Source: an uncultured bacterium (GTDB lineage: Bacteria > Krumholzibacteriota > Krumholzibacteriia > Krumholzibacteriales > Krumholzibacteriaceae). Taken from it: a stretch of 64,000 nucleotides of DNA. Below the pieces are notes generated by a model that saw only the letters and a program-made list of their open reading frames with translations, was not told the origin of the DNA and did no database searches. Positions 35,893-45,186 of the stretch are shown here, in pieces. The stretch is taken from NCBI GenBank assembly GCA_963846325.1, contig CAWJVO010000002.1, positions 851 to 64,850 on the forward strand, read 5' to 3'. The position numbers and the translations under genes were made by a program. The first letter of the stretch is position 1; the number at the start of each line of letters is the position of its first letter.

Positions 35893-37150
35893 CGTGCTCT
35901 CCTTTCCGCGCGGCGGCGGCGCCGCTCTTCGTCGTTTCATCGCCGTCGAGAATCGTGAAGATATGGCCGAGCTTGTCGCGCTTGGCCTTGAGATAATGGA
36001 GATTCCGCCTGTTCGGCGGTATTTCGATGGGAACCCGCTCGACGATCTCGAGCCCGTACGCGCGGAGCCCGATGATCTTGCGCGGATTGTTCGTCAGGAG
36101 CTTTATCTTGCGCAGGCCGAGATCCGCCAGTATCTGCGCGCCGATGCCGTAATCGCGGAGATCGGCGGGGAACCCGAGCTCGACGTTCGCCTCGACCGTA
36201 TCCCTGCCCGAATCCTGGAGCGCGTACGCGCGCACCTTGTTGACGAGGCCGATCCCCCGGCCCTCCTGCTGGATGTAGAGAAACACGCCGGTGCCCGCCT
36301 TCGCGATCGTTTCGAGCGCCGTCGAGAGCTGGTCGCCGCAGTCGCAGCGGAGCGAACCGAACACGTCCCCCGTGACGCACTGGGAATGCACGCGCACGAG
36401 CGTCGGGTCCTCCTCCGCGAACTCGCCCATCACGAGGGCGATGCTCGCCGATCCGTCGATCGTGCCCTCGAAGGCGACGAGCTTGAACTCGCCGAACCGG
36501 GTCGGCAAGCTCGCCTCGGCGACGCGGCGCACGAGCTTCTCCATCCGGCGGCGGTATTCGATGAGGTCGCAGATCGTGATGATCCTGAGGCCGTGCTTCT
36601 TCGCGATCTCGACGAGCTCGGGGATGCGCGCCATCGAGCCGTCCTCCGCCATGATCTCGCACAGCACGCCCGCGCTCCTGAGCCCCGCGAGCCGCGTGAG
36701 ATCGACGGCCGCTTCCGTGTGCCCCGCGCGGCGGAGCACGCCTCCCCGCGCCGCCCTGAGCGGAAAGATGTGTCCCGGCCGGGCGAGGTCCTGCGGCCGC
36801 GTCCCGGGATCGATGAGGGCGCGAATCGTGGCGGCGCGGTCATGGGCGCTGATGCCCGTCGTCGTCCCGCGAACCGCGTCGACGGATACGGTGAACGGCG
36901 TGCCCATCTTCGCGGTGTTCTCCTGGACCATGAAAGCGAGGTGAAGCTCATCGGCGCGCTCTTCCTCGAGGGCCGCGCATATGAGGCCGCGGGCGTGCCG
37001 CGCGATGAAATTGATGCTCTCGGGGGTCACGAACTCCGCGGCCATGATGATATCCCCCTCGTTCTCGCGATCCTCGTCGTCGACGACGATGACCATTCTC
37101 CCCCGCCGTATATCCTCGAGCGCGTCTTCGATGCGGCTGAATACGCTCAC
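35882..37150 (-). CDS. ribBA: Bifunctional 3,4-dihydroxy-2-butanone-4-phosphate synthase / GTP cyclohydrolase II
   Basis: Lies in the frame of ORF 35882..37579. GTG 37148-37150 overlaps the ribE stop (GTGA). The RibB part reads [22 protein letters not shown]. The RibA part reads [24 protein letters not shown] and [17 protein letters not shown]. Confidence 0.9.
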   Translation of the reverse strand: MSVFSRIEDALEDIRRGRMVIVVDDEDRENEGDIIMAAEFVTPESINFIARHARGLICAALEEERADELHLAFMVQENTAKMGTPFTVSVDAVRGTTTGISAHDRAATIRALIDPGTRPQDLARPGHIFPLRAARGGVLRRAGHTEAAVDLTRLAGLRSAGVLCEIMAEDGSMARIPELVEIAKKHGLRIITICDLIEYRRRMEKLVRRVAEASLPTRFGEFKLVAFEGTIDGSASIALVMGEFAEEDPTLVRVHSQCVTGDVFGSLRCDCGDQLSTALETIAKAGTGVFLYIQQEGRGIGLVNKVRAYALQDSGRDTVEANVELGFPADLRDYGIGAQILADLGLRKIKLLTNNPRKIIGLRAYGLEIVERVPIEIPPNRRNLHYLKAKRDKLGHIFTILDGDETTKSGAAAARKGEHDGT

Positions 37151-37749
37151 CGGCGCTCGCCTCCCTTCTTCGCGTGCGCGAGACAGCTCTCGACGTACTT
37201 CGCGACGACGTCGATCTCGACGTTCACGGAGCTTCCCGTCTTTAGATATTTGAGGTTCGTATGCTCCCAGGTGTGGGGAATGACGAAAACGGCGAAGCGT
37301 CCGTTCCGCACCGACGGCCCGACCGTGAGGCTCACCCCGTTCACGGCGACCGATCCCTTCGGCACGAGGTATTTCAGGAGCTCCGGGGCGAGCGCGATCT
37401 CGATTCCGGGCGGCTTCGCCGACACCTTCACGACCGTTCCCGTCCCGTCGACGTGGCCGTTCACGATGTGGCCTCCGAAACGCCCGCCGGCCTCGAGCGC
37501 GCGCTCGAGGTTTACCCGATCGCCGGGCCGGAGCCGCCCGAACGTGGAGACGCGGAGCGTCTCGCGGAGAACGTCGCACGAGAAGCGCGCTCCGTCCACG
37601 GCGGCGACCGTCTGGCAGACGCCGTCCACCGAAACGCTCTCTCCCGCGGCGAGCGCCTCGAGGGCCGTCTCGATCGTGAGACGAGCCCCACTCGAGCTTT
37701 TCCGCACGGATCGGACCGTGCCGAGCGCCTCAACGAGCCCAGTGAACAA
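37147..37749 (-). CDS. ribE: Riboflavin synthase (alpha chain)
   Basis: 200 aa. It has the start [15 protein letters not shown] and the duplicated lumazine-binding repeats SVDGVCQTV and AVNGVSLTV. Confidence 0.9.
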   Translation of the reverse strand: MFTGLVEALGTVRSVRKSSSGARLTIETALEALAAGESVSVDGVCQTVAAVDGARFSCDVLRETLRVSTFGRLRPGDRVNLERALEAGGRFGGHIVNGHVDGTGTVVKVSAKPPGIEIALAPELLKYLVPKGSVAVNGVSLTVGPSVRNGRFAVFVIPHTWEHTNLKYLKTGSSVNVEIDVVAKYVESCLAHAKKGGERR

Positions 37750-38875
37750 TGGTATCCTCCTCCGTCACCGCCGGGAGATATTCCCCGAGCCTGCGCGAAT
37801 CGAACACGAGCACGATATCTTCGTCCATCGCCGTGCAGCTCTTGAGCACGAGCTCTCCGCGCGCGAGCCAGTGCGGCCCGCGGCCGTCCTGGTACCAGGC
37901 CACGCCGCTCTGCCCCGACACGAGAGGCGCGTAGCACAGCACGAGGCGTTCGATGAGCCCCTCGCCGAGAAACGCGGTCGCCACCTCGCCTCCCCCCTCG
38001 ACGATCACCGAGGTGATCCCCTTCGAGGCGACGTCCTCGATCCAGAACCGCAGATCGACCCCGTGCGGCCCGCGCGGCAGCGGCACGACCTCGGCTCCGG
38101 CCGTTTCGAGCTCCCTGCGCCTGATCGGATCGACGTTCGTCAGACAGTAGACGATGACGCGCTCCTTTCGGGCGAGCCACGGATAATCCTCGGGGAACCG
38201 GAGCGACGAATCGAATATCATCCGCACCGGCGGGCGGATATCCTCGCGGTAGAGCCGCCGGTCGAGCTTCGGGTGGTCTATCGAAACCGTGCCGATGCCG
38301 ATCGCGATCGCCTCGGTCCAGGCCCGCAGGCGGTGTATGTAGCGCTGTTCGCTCTCCCCCGACAGGTATCCCCGCTCGGTCCCCCAGGTGAGCCTCCCGT
38401 CGAGGGTCGAGGCGAGCTTGAGCATGACGAACGGCCTGCCCGTGAGGTTCCGGTGAACGTACGGGAGATTGAGCTCGAGCGCTTCCGCCGCGCATACCCC
38501 CGCTTTGACCTCGACGCCCCGCGCCCTGAGCGCGGCGGCCCCTTTGCCGCGCATGCGGCTGTCGGGATCGTACATGCTGAAGACGACGCGCGATATCCCG
38601 GCGTCCGCGATGCCTTCCGTGCAGGGAGGCGTTCGCCCGTAGTGGCAGCACGGCTCGAGATTGAGATAGAGCGCGGCGCCCCTGGCTCGATCCCCGGCGT
38701 CCCGGATCGCCTCGATCTCCGCGTGCGGCCGGCCCGGACCCCGGTGATACCCCTCACCGACGATCGTGTCCCCTGCGACGACGACGGCGCCGACGAGCGG
38801 GTTCGGGAAGGTTTCCCCCATGGCGTTTCCGGCGAGCTCGAGCGCGCGGCGAATGTACTTCTCCTCGAGATCCAT
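37730..38875 (-). CDS. ribD: Bifunctional diaminohydroxyphosphoribosylaminopyrimidine deaminase / 5-amino-6-(5-phosphoribosylamino)uracil reductase
   Basis: Lies in the frame of ORF 37730..38980. The start is MDLEEKYIRRALELA (ATG 38873-38875, AAGGAG upstream). The deaminase zinc motifs are HAEIEA and LEPCCHYGRTPPC. A C-terminal reductase domain is present. Confidence 0.9.
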   Translation of the reverse strand: MDLEEKYIRRALELAGNAMGETFPNPLVGAVVVAGDTIVGEGYHRGPGRPHAEIEAIRDAGDRARGAALYLNLEPCCHYGRTPPCTEGIADAGISRVVFSMYDPDSRMRGKGAAALRARGVEVKAGVCAAEALELNLPYVHRNLTGRPFVMLKLASTLDGRLTWGTERGYLSGESEQRYIHRLRAWTEAIAIGIGTVSIDHPKLDRRLYREDIRPPVRMIFDSSLRFPEDYPWLARKERVIVYCLTNVDPIRRRELETAGAEVVPLPRGPHGVDLRFWIEDVASKGITSVIVEGGGEVATAFLGEGLIERLVLCYAPLVSGQSGVAWYQDGRGPHWLARGELVLKSCTAMDEDIVLVFDSRRLGEYLPAVTEEDTIVHWAR

Positions 38876-38959
38876 CGCTTTCTCCTTCGAGAGAAAACCG
38901 CTCTTTCGGGGTTCCAATATCGGGGAGATCGCGCACGCGCGGGAAACCGCGCGCGAGCT

Positions 38960-39090
38960 GGGCGGCAAACCTTCTCCCATCCAGACTGTTACTGTCGGCT
39001 CCGGAATTGCGCCGGATCGGTGAGCATGGAGCTCATTCGCGGGCTTTCACCGCCGGTGGGGATTTTCGCCCCGCCCCGAAGGTCCGAGGC
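38960..39090 (-). ncRNA. FMN riboswitch (RFN element) controlling the rib operon
   Basis: The minus strand reads GGACCTTCGGGGCGGGGCGAAAATCCCCACCGGCGGTGAAAGCCCGCGAATGAGC...GATCCGGCGCAATTCCGGAGCCGACAGTAACAGTCTGGATGGGAGAAGGTTT. This matches the conserved RFN core blocks, with P1 formed by ACCTTC/GAAGGT. A GC-rich stem (GCGCGCGGTTTCCCGCGCGTGCGC) and the ribD SD follow at 38880-38960. Confidence 0.9.
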
Positions 39091-39119
39091 CCCGAACGGG
39101 GCCTCTACAATGTAATCCA

Positions 39120-39148
39120 ATTCTAATGGGAGCCGCCGGCCGTGTCAA
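39120..39148 (-). promoter_or_regulatory. Sigma-70-type promoter candidate for the riboswitch-rib operon
   Basis: The minus strand reads TTGACA (39143-39148), a 17-nt spacer, then TAGAAT (39120-39125). It lies about 30 nt upstream of riboswitch P1, between the ftsY stop and the riboswitch. Confidence 0.55.
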
Positions 39149-39172
39149 GGGGTCAAATGGCGCCGCGCATCG

Positions 39173-40067
39173 CTACTCGCCGAGCATGGCGGAGACGAAA
39201 AGCTCGGGATCGAATCGCTCGATGTCCTCCAGCCCCTCGCCGACGCCCACGTAGATGACGGGTATGCGGAGGTTTCGCTGGATCGTGACGACGGCGCCCC
39301 CTTTCGCCGTGCTGTCGAGCTTCGTGAGCACGAGCCCCGTTACGGGGAGCGCCGCGGTAAAGGCCTCGGCCTGCCTGAGGCTGTTCTGCCCCGTATTGGC
39401 GTCGAGGACGAGCCAGCTCTCGAGGCCCACCCCCTCGATTCGCGTCGAGAGAACGTTGACGATCTTCTTCAGCTCGTCCATGAGATTGACCTTCGTGTGG
39501 AGCCGCCCGGCGGTATCGACGATCACGATATCGGCGTTCTTCGCCTTCGCCGATTGCACCGCGTCGAACGCGACCGCGGCGGGGTCCGCCCCGCTTCTCT
39601 GCCGGACGATCGGCACCCCCGCGCGCTCGGCCCAGAGCTCGAGCTGCTCGACCGCCGCCGCGCGAAACGTGTCGCACGCCGCGAGGACGACCGAGTGCCC
39701 CTCGTTCTTCAGAACATACGCGAGCTTTCCAATGGTACTCGTTTTTCCGACACCATTTACACCGACGACGACAATGACGCGCGGGCGCCCTATCGGCGGG
39801 CTCGGGAACGGGGGTTTCTCTGACGATCGAGAGAAGCTCGTCGGCCATGATGCGGCGATATTCGCCCGGCCCGGCGGCCGCGCCCGCCTGCGCGCGCAGG
39901 CGCTCGACGATTCGTTCCGTCGCCTCCGGCCCGAGGTCGGCCGAAAGGAGGATCCCTTCGAGCTCCTCGAGGGCGTCAGCGCCGAGGGCTCCCCCGGAGA
40001 ATATCCCCTGGATGGAGCCGAAGAGGCGTTCCTTCGTCCTCCTGAGACCCTGAAACAGCTTTTGCAT
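39173..40067 (-). CDS. ftsY: Signal recognition particle receptor FtsY, reading frame interrupted by an apparent 1-nt frameshift
   Basis: The N domain is in the frame of ORF 39153..40067 (MQKLFQGLRRTKERLFGSIQGIF...LEELEGILLSADLGPEATERIVERL...ELLSIVRETP). The GTPase domain is in the frame of ORF 39173..40189 (RVIVVVGVNGVGKTSTIGKLA, DTAGRLHT, TKLDSTAKGG). The frames switch between about 39780 and 39815, and a G5/C5 run lies at 39809-39813. Confidence 0.85.
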
Positions 40068-40079
40068 GCGAAATCCCCG

Positions 40080-43000
40080 TCAGTTCGAGGAGGCCTCCGA
40101 CGGCACGAGCACCCGCTCGGAGGCGGCGCGGTTCCGGAGAACCTTCTCGATCCCGTCGAAGTCGACCGATACGACGCGCGAGACGCCACGCTCTTCCATC
40201 GTGATGCCGTAGAGCGTCTCCGCGACCTCCATCGTGCGCTTGTTGTGCGTGATGATGATGAACTGGGTGTCCTTCTTGAACACCTGGAGCATCCTGAGAA
40301 GACGCTGTATGTTGGCGTCGTCGAGAGGGGCGTCCACCTCGTCGAAGATGCAGAAGGGGCTCGGTTTCGCCTTGTAGAGGGCGAAGAGAAGCGCGAGCGC
40401 CGTGAGCGCCCTCTCGCCGCCCGACAGGAGCGAGATGTCCTGAAGGCGCTTTCCCTTGGGACGCGCCGTAATGGCGATATCCGCCTCGAGAGGATCGGCC
40501 GACTCGCTCAGGGCGAGATCCGCTTCTCCCCCCTCGAAGAGGATCCGGAAGGTCTCCTGGAAATTCTTCCGGACGATCTCGTACGTCTCGAGGAACTGGC
40601 TTCTCGCCCGCACGTTGATCTTCTTGATCGCCTCGCCGAGCTCTTCCTTCGCCTTGACGAGATCGGCCTTCTGCGATTCGAGGAAGTCGAGGCGCGTCTT
40701 CTTCTCGTTGAACTCCTCGACGGCGGCGAGGTTCACGGGGCCGATCGATTCGAGCTTCTTCTTCTCCCGGTCGAGCATCTCCCTCGTGACGGCGGCTTCC
40801 TCATCGGTGAGAGGAAGCTCTTTCCCCTCGAGGTAGCAGCCGAGATCGGCGGCGTACATCTCCTTCGCCTTGTCGACGAGGCTGCGCATCCGGGTCTCGA
40901 ACGTCGAGATCGCGATCTTGATTTCGTTCAGCCGCTCGAATATCCGCTCGCGCTCCGCGGCGCGGGTCTTGAGCTCCTTCTCCGCCGCGTCGGCTTCGAC
41001 GCGCCGCTCCTCGAGATTCCCCGCGAGCTCGTCGATTCCCCGCTCGTAGGAACGCTCCTCCTCGAGAAGCACGCGCACGACCGAGCGCTCGGCCTCGATC
41101 GCGGCGCCGAGCTCGGCGAGCTCCGCGTCCGACGCGGAGATCTCGCCGCGGCGCTCGCCGGCGATGCCGCGGAACTGGCTTTCCATCTCGGCGAGGCCCT
41201 TGAGCTCCTCGCGGTCCTTGTCGAGCGCCCCCTTGAGGGACGCGAGCGCGATCTTCTTCTCGGTGAGCGAGGCCTCGATCTCCTCCTTGCGTTTCTGGAA
41301 CGAGGCGAGCTCCGCTTCGATATCGGCCGACAGCCGCGCCTCGCCGCTCTCCTCCTGCATCCGGAGCGAGAGCTTCATCTCCTCGAGCTTCGCGAGGGTA
41401 TCCGATCGCGACGTCTCGATTTCGTCGAGCGTCCTCATGAGAAGGGATACCTTCTCCGTGCGCATCGCGTGATCCCTCTCGCAGCTCTGAAGCTCTTCCT
41501 TCCGCCCCGAAAGCTCTTCGCGGACCCGCTGAATCTCCCCTTCGAGCTCGCGCACGCGCGCCTGGATATTCTCGCGCGCCGCGCGCTCGTCCTCGCAGGC
41601 GACCGTCATGCCGGCGACCTCGCGATCGAGCTCCGGTATCGTTTCCCCGATCCGCTCGAGATCGTTCGTGCGGCCGAGCAGCGAGAACTCCTCGGTGCCG
41701 CTCCCCGCGAAATAGATCCCCGACGAGCCCGAAAACGCCGTGCCGGAAAGGGTCACGGCGGTGGCGTCCTTCCCTCTCTCGGAGGAAACGAAATCGATCG
41801 CCGCCTCCGCGGTCTCGAAAACGTACGCGCCGCGCAGCAGATTCTCGACGAGGCCCCGCCGCGAATCGTCGACCGAGACGAACGAGGCGAGCGCGCCGAG
41901 GCAGCCGGGGACGTCCCCCGCGCCGGCGCCCCGCTCCGCCTGACGCGCGTCTTCCGCGAAGAGGCGCACGCGTCCGGGCTTCTTCTCCGCGATCCCGCGG
42001 ACGAGATCGAGCGCGCTGGAGAACCGGTCGACCACCACTCCGTCGAGCATGCCCGCCAGCACCGCTTCGCACGCGGGACGGTAGCGGTCCTCGACCTTGA
42101 GGAACTCGACGAGCGGCCCCCGCACGCGGCCGTCGCCGCTCGTGAGGACCTCCCTGGCTCCGCCCGGAAATCCCTCGAAATTCTCCTTCATCTTCCGGAG
42201 AAGCTCGTGTTTGCTCTTCAGGTGAGCGAGCTCCGCGCGTTTCTCGGCGAGCGTCCGCTCACGCTCGAATATCCGTTTTTCCTGCTCCTGCATCGAGTCG
42301 ACGAGGCCCGAACGCTCGCGATCGAGAACGGAGCCGCGCTCCTCGAGCTCCCGGCACGCGGCCGCTCTGAGCTCCTTCTCGGCGGCGAGCCCCTGCCCTT
42401 CCCGCTCGGCCCCGGATATGCGCTCGCGCGTCTCGGCCGAACGCTCGTCGAGCTCCGAAAGCATACCTGTGAAATGCTCGAGCGTGCTCTTCACCCTCAC
42501 CTGGTCCTGGAGAAAATCGAGCTGCGTCTGCTTCATCTCGATCAGCTTCGCGCTGAGATCCTGGATCCGTTCCACGAGCGCGCGGAAATCCTCCGCGAGG
42601 GCGGCCAGCGCTCCCTCTTCCGATCCGATCCTCGCTCCCGTCGCCGCGCTGAGCCCCGTCACCTCGGCGGCGCGGCCGACGATATGCGCGAGGCGGCCCT
42701 CCGCCTCGGCGATCTCGCGGGAGGCGCGCTCGACGCGGATCCGCGCCTGATTCTCGCGCTCGGTGAACTGGATCACTTTCTCTTCGGAGGATTGAATCCT
42801 CCGGCGGATGTCGTAGCGGCTGTCCTGCAGCCCGGTCCGCTTCCGCTCGAGCTCGAGGTGCGCGGCGCGCGCCTCTTCGACCTTCCGCTCGAGATCGGCG
42901 AGCGAGCTGTCCTCGCTCCGGGAACGGCTCAGGCATTCGGTGAGCTCCGCTTCGGCCGCGCGCCTCCCGCCGGCGATGTCCGAGAGCTGCGCGCGGATGT

Positions 43001-43685
43001 TCACGACTTCCCAGCTCCTGATCCTGTCCCTGACGATTTCGTAGCGGCGCGCCTTGGCCATCTGATACTTGAGCGACCGCACCTGCGCGCGGAGCTCCTC
43101 GAGTATGTCCTCGAGACGAAGGAGATCGGCGTCGGTGAGGTCGAGCTTCCGCTGCGCCTCTTCCCGCCGCATGCGATACTTGACGATGCCGGCCGCTTCC
43201 TCGAACATGAGGCGGCGCTCGCCGTGCAGATCGTTCAGGACCCAATCGATCATCTCCTGCTCGATGACCGAGTACGAATGGCTTCCCGTGCCCGTATCGG
43301 CGAAAAGGTCGCGTATATCCTTGAGCCGGCACGGCATCTTGTTGATGAAATACTCGCTCACCCCGGAACGGTACACCTTCCGCGTGATCGAGATCTCGGC
43401 GTAATCGAGAGGAAACTGTCCGCGCTCGTTGTTGATCGTGAGATTCACGGAGGCGTACCCCATCGGCTTGTGCTGCTGGGTTCCGTTGAAAATGACGTTC
43501 TCCATCTTCGTGCTGCGGAGCTGACGCGCGCTCTGCTCCCCGAGGACCCAGCGAACCGCGTCGACGATATTCGTCTTGCCGCAGCCGTTGGGACCCATGA
43601 TCGCCGTGATCCCCGGCTTGAATTCCAGGTGGATCGGGGCCATGAACGATTTAAAGCCCACCAGCTCGAGTTTCGAAAGGCTCAC
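40080..43685 (-). CDS. smc: Chromosome segregation protein SMC
   Basis: 1201 aa. The N-terminal Walker A reads LELVGFKSFMAPIHLEFKPGITAIMGPNGCGKTNIVDA. Long coiled coils and a hinge are present. The C-terminal signature and Walker B read LSGGERALTALALLFAL...FCIFDEVDAPLD. Confidence 0.95.
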   Translation of the reverse strand: MSLSKLELVGFKSFMAPIHLEFKPGITAIMGPNGCGKTNIVDAVRWVLGEQSARQLRSTKMENVIFNGTQQHKPMGYASVNLTINNERGQFPLDYAEISITRKVYRSGVSEYFINKMPCRLKDIRDLFADTGTGSHSYSVIEQEMIDWVLNDLHGERRLMFEEAAGIVKYRMRREEAQRKLDLTDADLLRLEDILEELRAQVRSLKYQMAKARRYEIVRDRIRSWEVVNIRAQLSDIAGGRRAAEAELTECLSRSRSEDSSLADLERKVEEARAAHLELERKRTGLQDSRYDIRRRIQSSEEKVIQFTERENQARIRVERASREIAEAEGRLAHIVGRAAEVTGLSAATGARIGSEEGALAALAEDFRALVERIQDLSAKLIEMKQTQLDFLQDQVRVKSTLEHFTGMLSELDERSAETRERISGAEREGQGLAAEKELRAAACRELEERGSVLDRERSGLVDSMQEQEKRIFERERTLAEKRAELAHLKSKHELLRKMKENFEGFPGGAREVLTSGDGRVRGPLVEFLKVEDRYRPACEAVLAGMLDGVVVDRFSSALDLVRGIAEKKPGRVRLFAEDARQAERGAGAGDVPGCLGALASFVSVDDSRRGLVENLLRGAYVFETAEAAIDFVSSERGKDATAVTLSGTAFSGSSGIYFAGSGTEEFSLLGRTNDLERIGETIPELDREVAGMTVACEDERAARENIQARVRELEGEIQRVREELSGRKEELQSCERDHAMRTEKVSLLMRTLDEIETSRSDTLAKLEEMKLSLRMQEESGEARLSADIEAELASFQKRKEEIEASLTEKKIALASLKGALDKDREELKGLAEMESQFRGIAGERRGEISASDAELAELGAAIEAERSVVRVLLEEERSYERGIDELAGNLEERRVEADAAEKELKTRAAERERIFERLNEIKIAISTFETRMRSLVDKAKEMYAADLGCYLEGKELPLTDEEAAVTREMLDREKKKLESIGPVNLAAVEEFNEKKTRLDFLESQKADLVKAKEELGEAIKKINVRARSQFLETYEIVRKNFQETFRILFEGGEADLALSESADPLEADIAITARPKGKRLQDISLLSGGERALTALALLFALYKAKPSPFCIFDEVDAPLDDANIQRLLRMLQVFKKDTQFIIITHNKRTMEVAETLYGITMEERGVSRVVSVDFDGIEKVLRNRAASERVLVPSEASSN

Positions 43686-43723
43686 CGGTTGTATCCTCCC
43701 GACGTCATGCGAACGTCACCCGT

Positions 43724-45181
43724 TCAACGGTTCGCGGCTTCGATGGTAACGACCCGCGCATACCCCACTTTATTGAGTCCCAGGAGATCGAGTCTCGTCT
43801 TCGACGCCTCGCTCTCCGTGGCGAATTCGCCGACGAGAATGCGGAGCCATTTCTCGCCCTTGATGTCGACTTCGACGATCCGCGCCGGAAATCCGTTCTT
43901 CCCGAGATACGCCTTCTCGTCCTCCGCGCGGAACATCTCCCTGAACGAGGCGACATGTATCGTATAGACGCCCCGCTCCGAAGCGATCGCCGTCCGCTCC
44001 GTATCGGCGGCCCCCGGCTCAGTCCGCGGCGGCGCCGTTTCCGCCGTTCCCGACCGCAGAGGCGTGCGCGCGCTGTCGGACGCCGCGACGGCGAGGCTCT
44101 CGGCGGAAACCGCCGACGAATCCGCCGCGCCGGACACAGCGACGGGGCTCGCGGTCCGCGCGACGTCCCCCGGCGTCGTGCCGAGGGGCTCCTTGTCGCC
44201 GACCGTCCGGTTGAGCACGGCCCACCACACGACGAACGCGAGGATGACCGCCGCCGCGGCGACGATCACGACGCGGAGCACGCTGAAGCGCGGTTTTCTC
44301 TCCGGCTCGATATCGCCGAGCGGCTCGAGATCCTCCGCTTTCTCGATCAGCGGAATCGCGAGCGGTTCGTCGGCGGGCGCCGGAGTCTCCTTCGGGGCCG
44401 CGATCGCCGGCTCGACGCCGGCCGGTTCGAGAACCTTCTTCGCGATCGGGGCCGCCGCCTGCGCGCGCTTCCCGCAGAAACAGACGAGCTCGACCGGAGG
44501 CGCCTTCTCCTCGCGGAGCGCCTTGACGTTCTTCTGGAGCTCTCCCTCGCTCATGTCGTCGATGCGGCAGCAGAGGAGAATGCCGTCGACGAGCCTGGCG
44601 AGGGGATTGATCTTCGCGTCCTCCGTGTACAGCGTCGAGCAATAGATGACGACGTCGTGCTTCGCGCGGAGGAACTCGACGATCTTCTCGAATTCCTTCA
44701 GGGCGAAGGGAATCGTGCGGGAAACGGGAAACGAGCCGGGTCCGGCGACGCTTACGCCCTCGATACCGACCGCTCGGGCGACCGTCTTGAGCGAGCTCCC
44801 GTAGAGCAGCAGATCGAGGAAGCCGTGCTCCTCGACGTTCTCGACGAGACCGCTCATGCCTGCGTGCAGGAAATCTCCGTCGATAACGAGAACGTTCCTC
44901 CCGTGCTTCGCGATGATGTGCGCGATCTGCAGCACCGCGAAATCGCGCGAGATCCCCTTCTCGCCCGCGGAGAGCGCGAGTATCACGGCGCCGCTGCGCT
45001 CCTTGATCCGTTTCTCGAGCTGCGCCCCCACGTCGTTGAAATGATCGAGCTCGCTCGCGGAGGAGGGGTCCCCCGCCGCCATGAATGCCCGAATACGCTC
45101 TTCGTCGAGGAATATCGTGTAGCCTCCTCCCGGCGCTTCGCACGATTCGTTCTTTTCCGTTCCCCGATCTTCACCGGTCAT
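43724..45181 (-). CDS. Membrane protein: N-terminal degenerate ParA/MinD/BY-kinase-like domain, Pro/Ala-rich linker, one TM helix, C-terminal SPOR (peptidoglycan-binding) domain
   Basis: This is the lower part of ORF 43724..46648. The start is ATG 45179-45181 (MTGEDRGTEKNES). The N-domain reads AVILALSAGEKGISRDFAVLQIAHIIAKHGRNVLVIDGDF, with GEKGIS in place of the GxGKS/T P-loop. The TM helix is FSVLRVVIVAAAAVILAFVVWWAV. The C-terminus YTIHVASFREMFRAEDEKAYLGKNGFPARIVEVDIKGEKWLRILVGEFATESEA is SPOR-like. Confidence 0.65.
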   Translation of the reverse strand: MTGEDRGTEKNESCEAPGGGYTIFLDEERIRAFMAAGDPSSASELDHFNDVGAQLEKRIKERSGAVILALSAGEKGISRDFAVLQIAHIIAKHGRNVLVIDGDFLHAGMSGLVENVEEHGFLDLLLYGSSLKTVARAVGIEGVSVAGPGSFPVSRTIPFALKEFEKIVEFLRAKHDVVIYCSTLYTEDAKINPLARLVDGILLCCRIDDMSEGELQKNVKALREEKAPPVELVCFCGKRAQAAAPIAKKVLEPAGVEPAIAAPKETPAPADEPLAIPLIEKAEDLEPLGDIEPERKPRFSVLRVVIVAAAAVILAFVVWWAVLNRTVGDKEPLGTTPGDVARTASPVAVSGAADSSAVSAESLAVAASDSARTPLRSGTAETAPPRTEPGAADTERTAIASERGVYTIHVASFREMFRAEDEKAYLGKNGFPARIVEVDIKGEKWLRILVGEFATESEASKTRLDLLGLNKVGYARVVTIEAANR

Positions 45182-45186
45182 TCCGA

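Noticed and set aside
39086-39105. A perfect 8-bp GC hairpin (GAGGCCCC-GAAC/GTTC-GGGGCCTC) between ftsY and the FMN riboswitch, considered as the ftsY terminator.
   Set aside because: It has no U-tract on the minus strand. It also lies downstream of the predicted rib promoter and immediately before riboswitch P1, so it is more likely part of the riboswitch leader. I cannot assign a function.
35408-43967. Very long plus-strand ORFs in the six-frame track, such as 35408..39115 (1235 aa) and 39255..43967 (1570 aa). Others are 15268..18276, 20375..22855, 27012..29516, 29801..32098, 8509..10161 and 51090..53333.
   Set aside because: They are antisense to genes with unmistakable homology (rib operon, smc, glycosyltransferases). 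They are Arg/Pro/Gly/Asp/Glu-rich low complexity with no recognisable motifs. Such stop-free shadows are expected in very GC-rich DNA.
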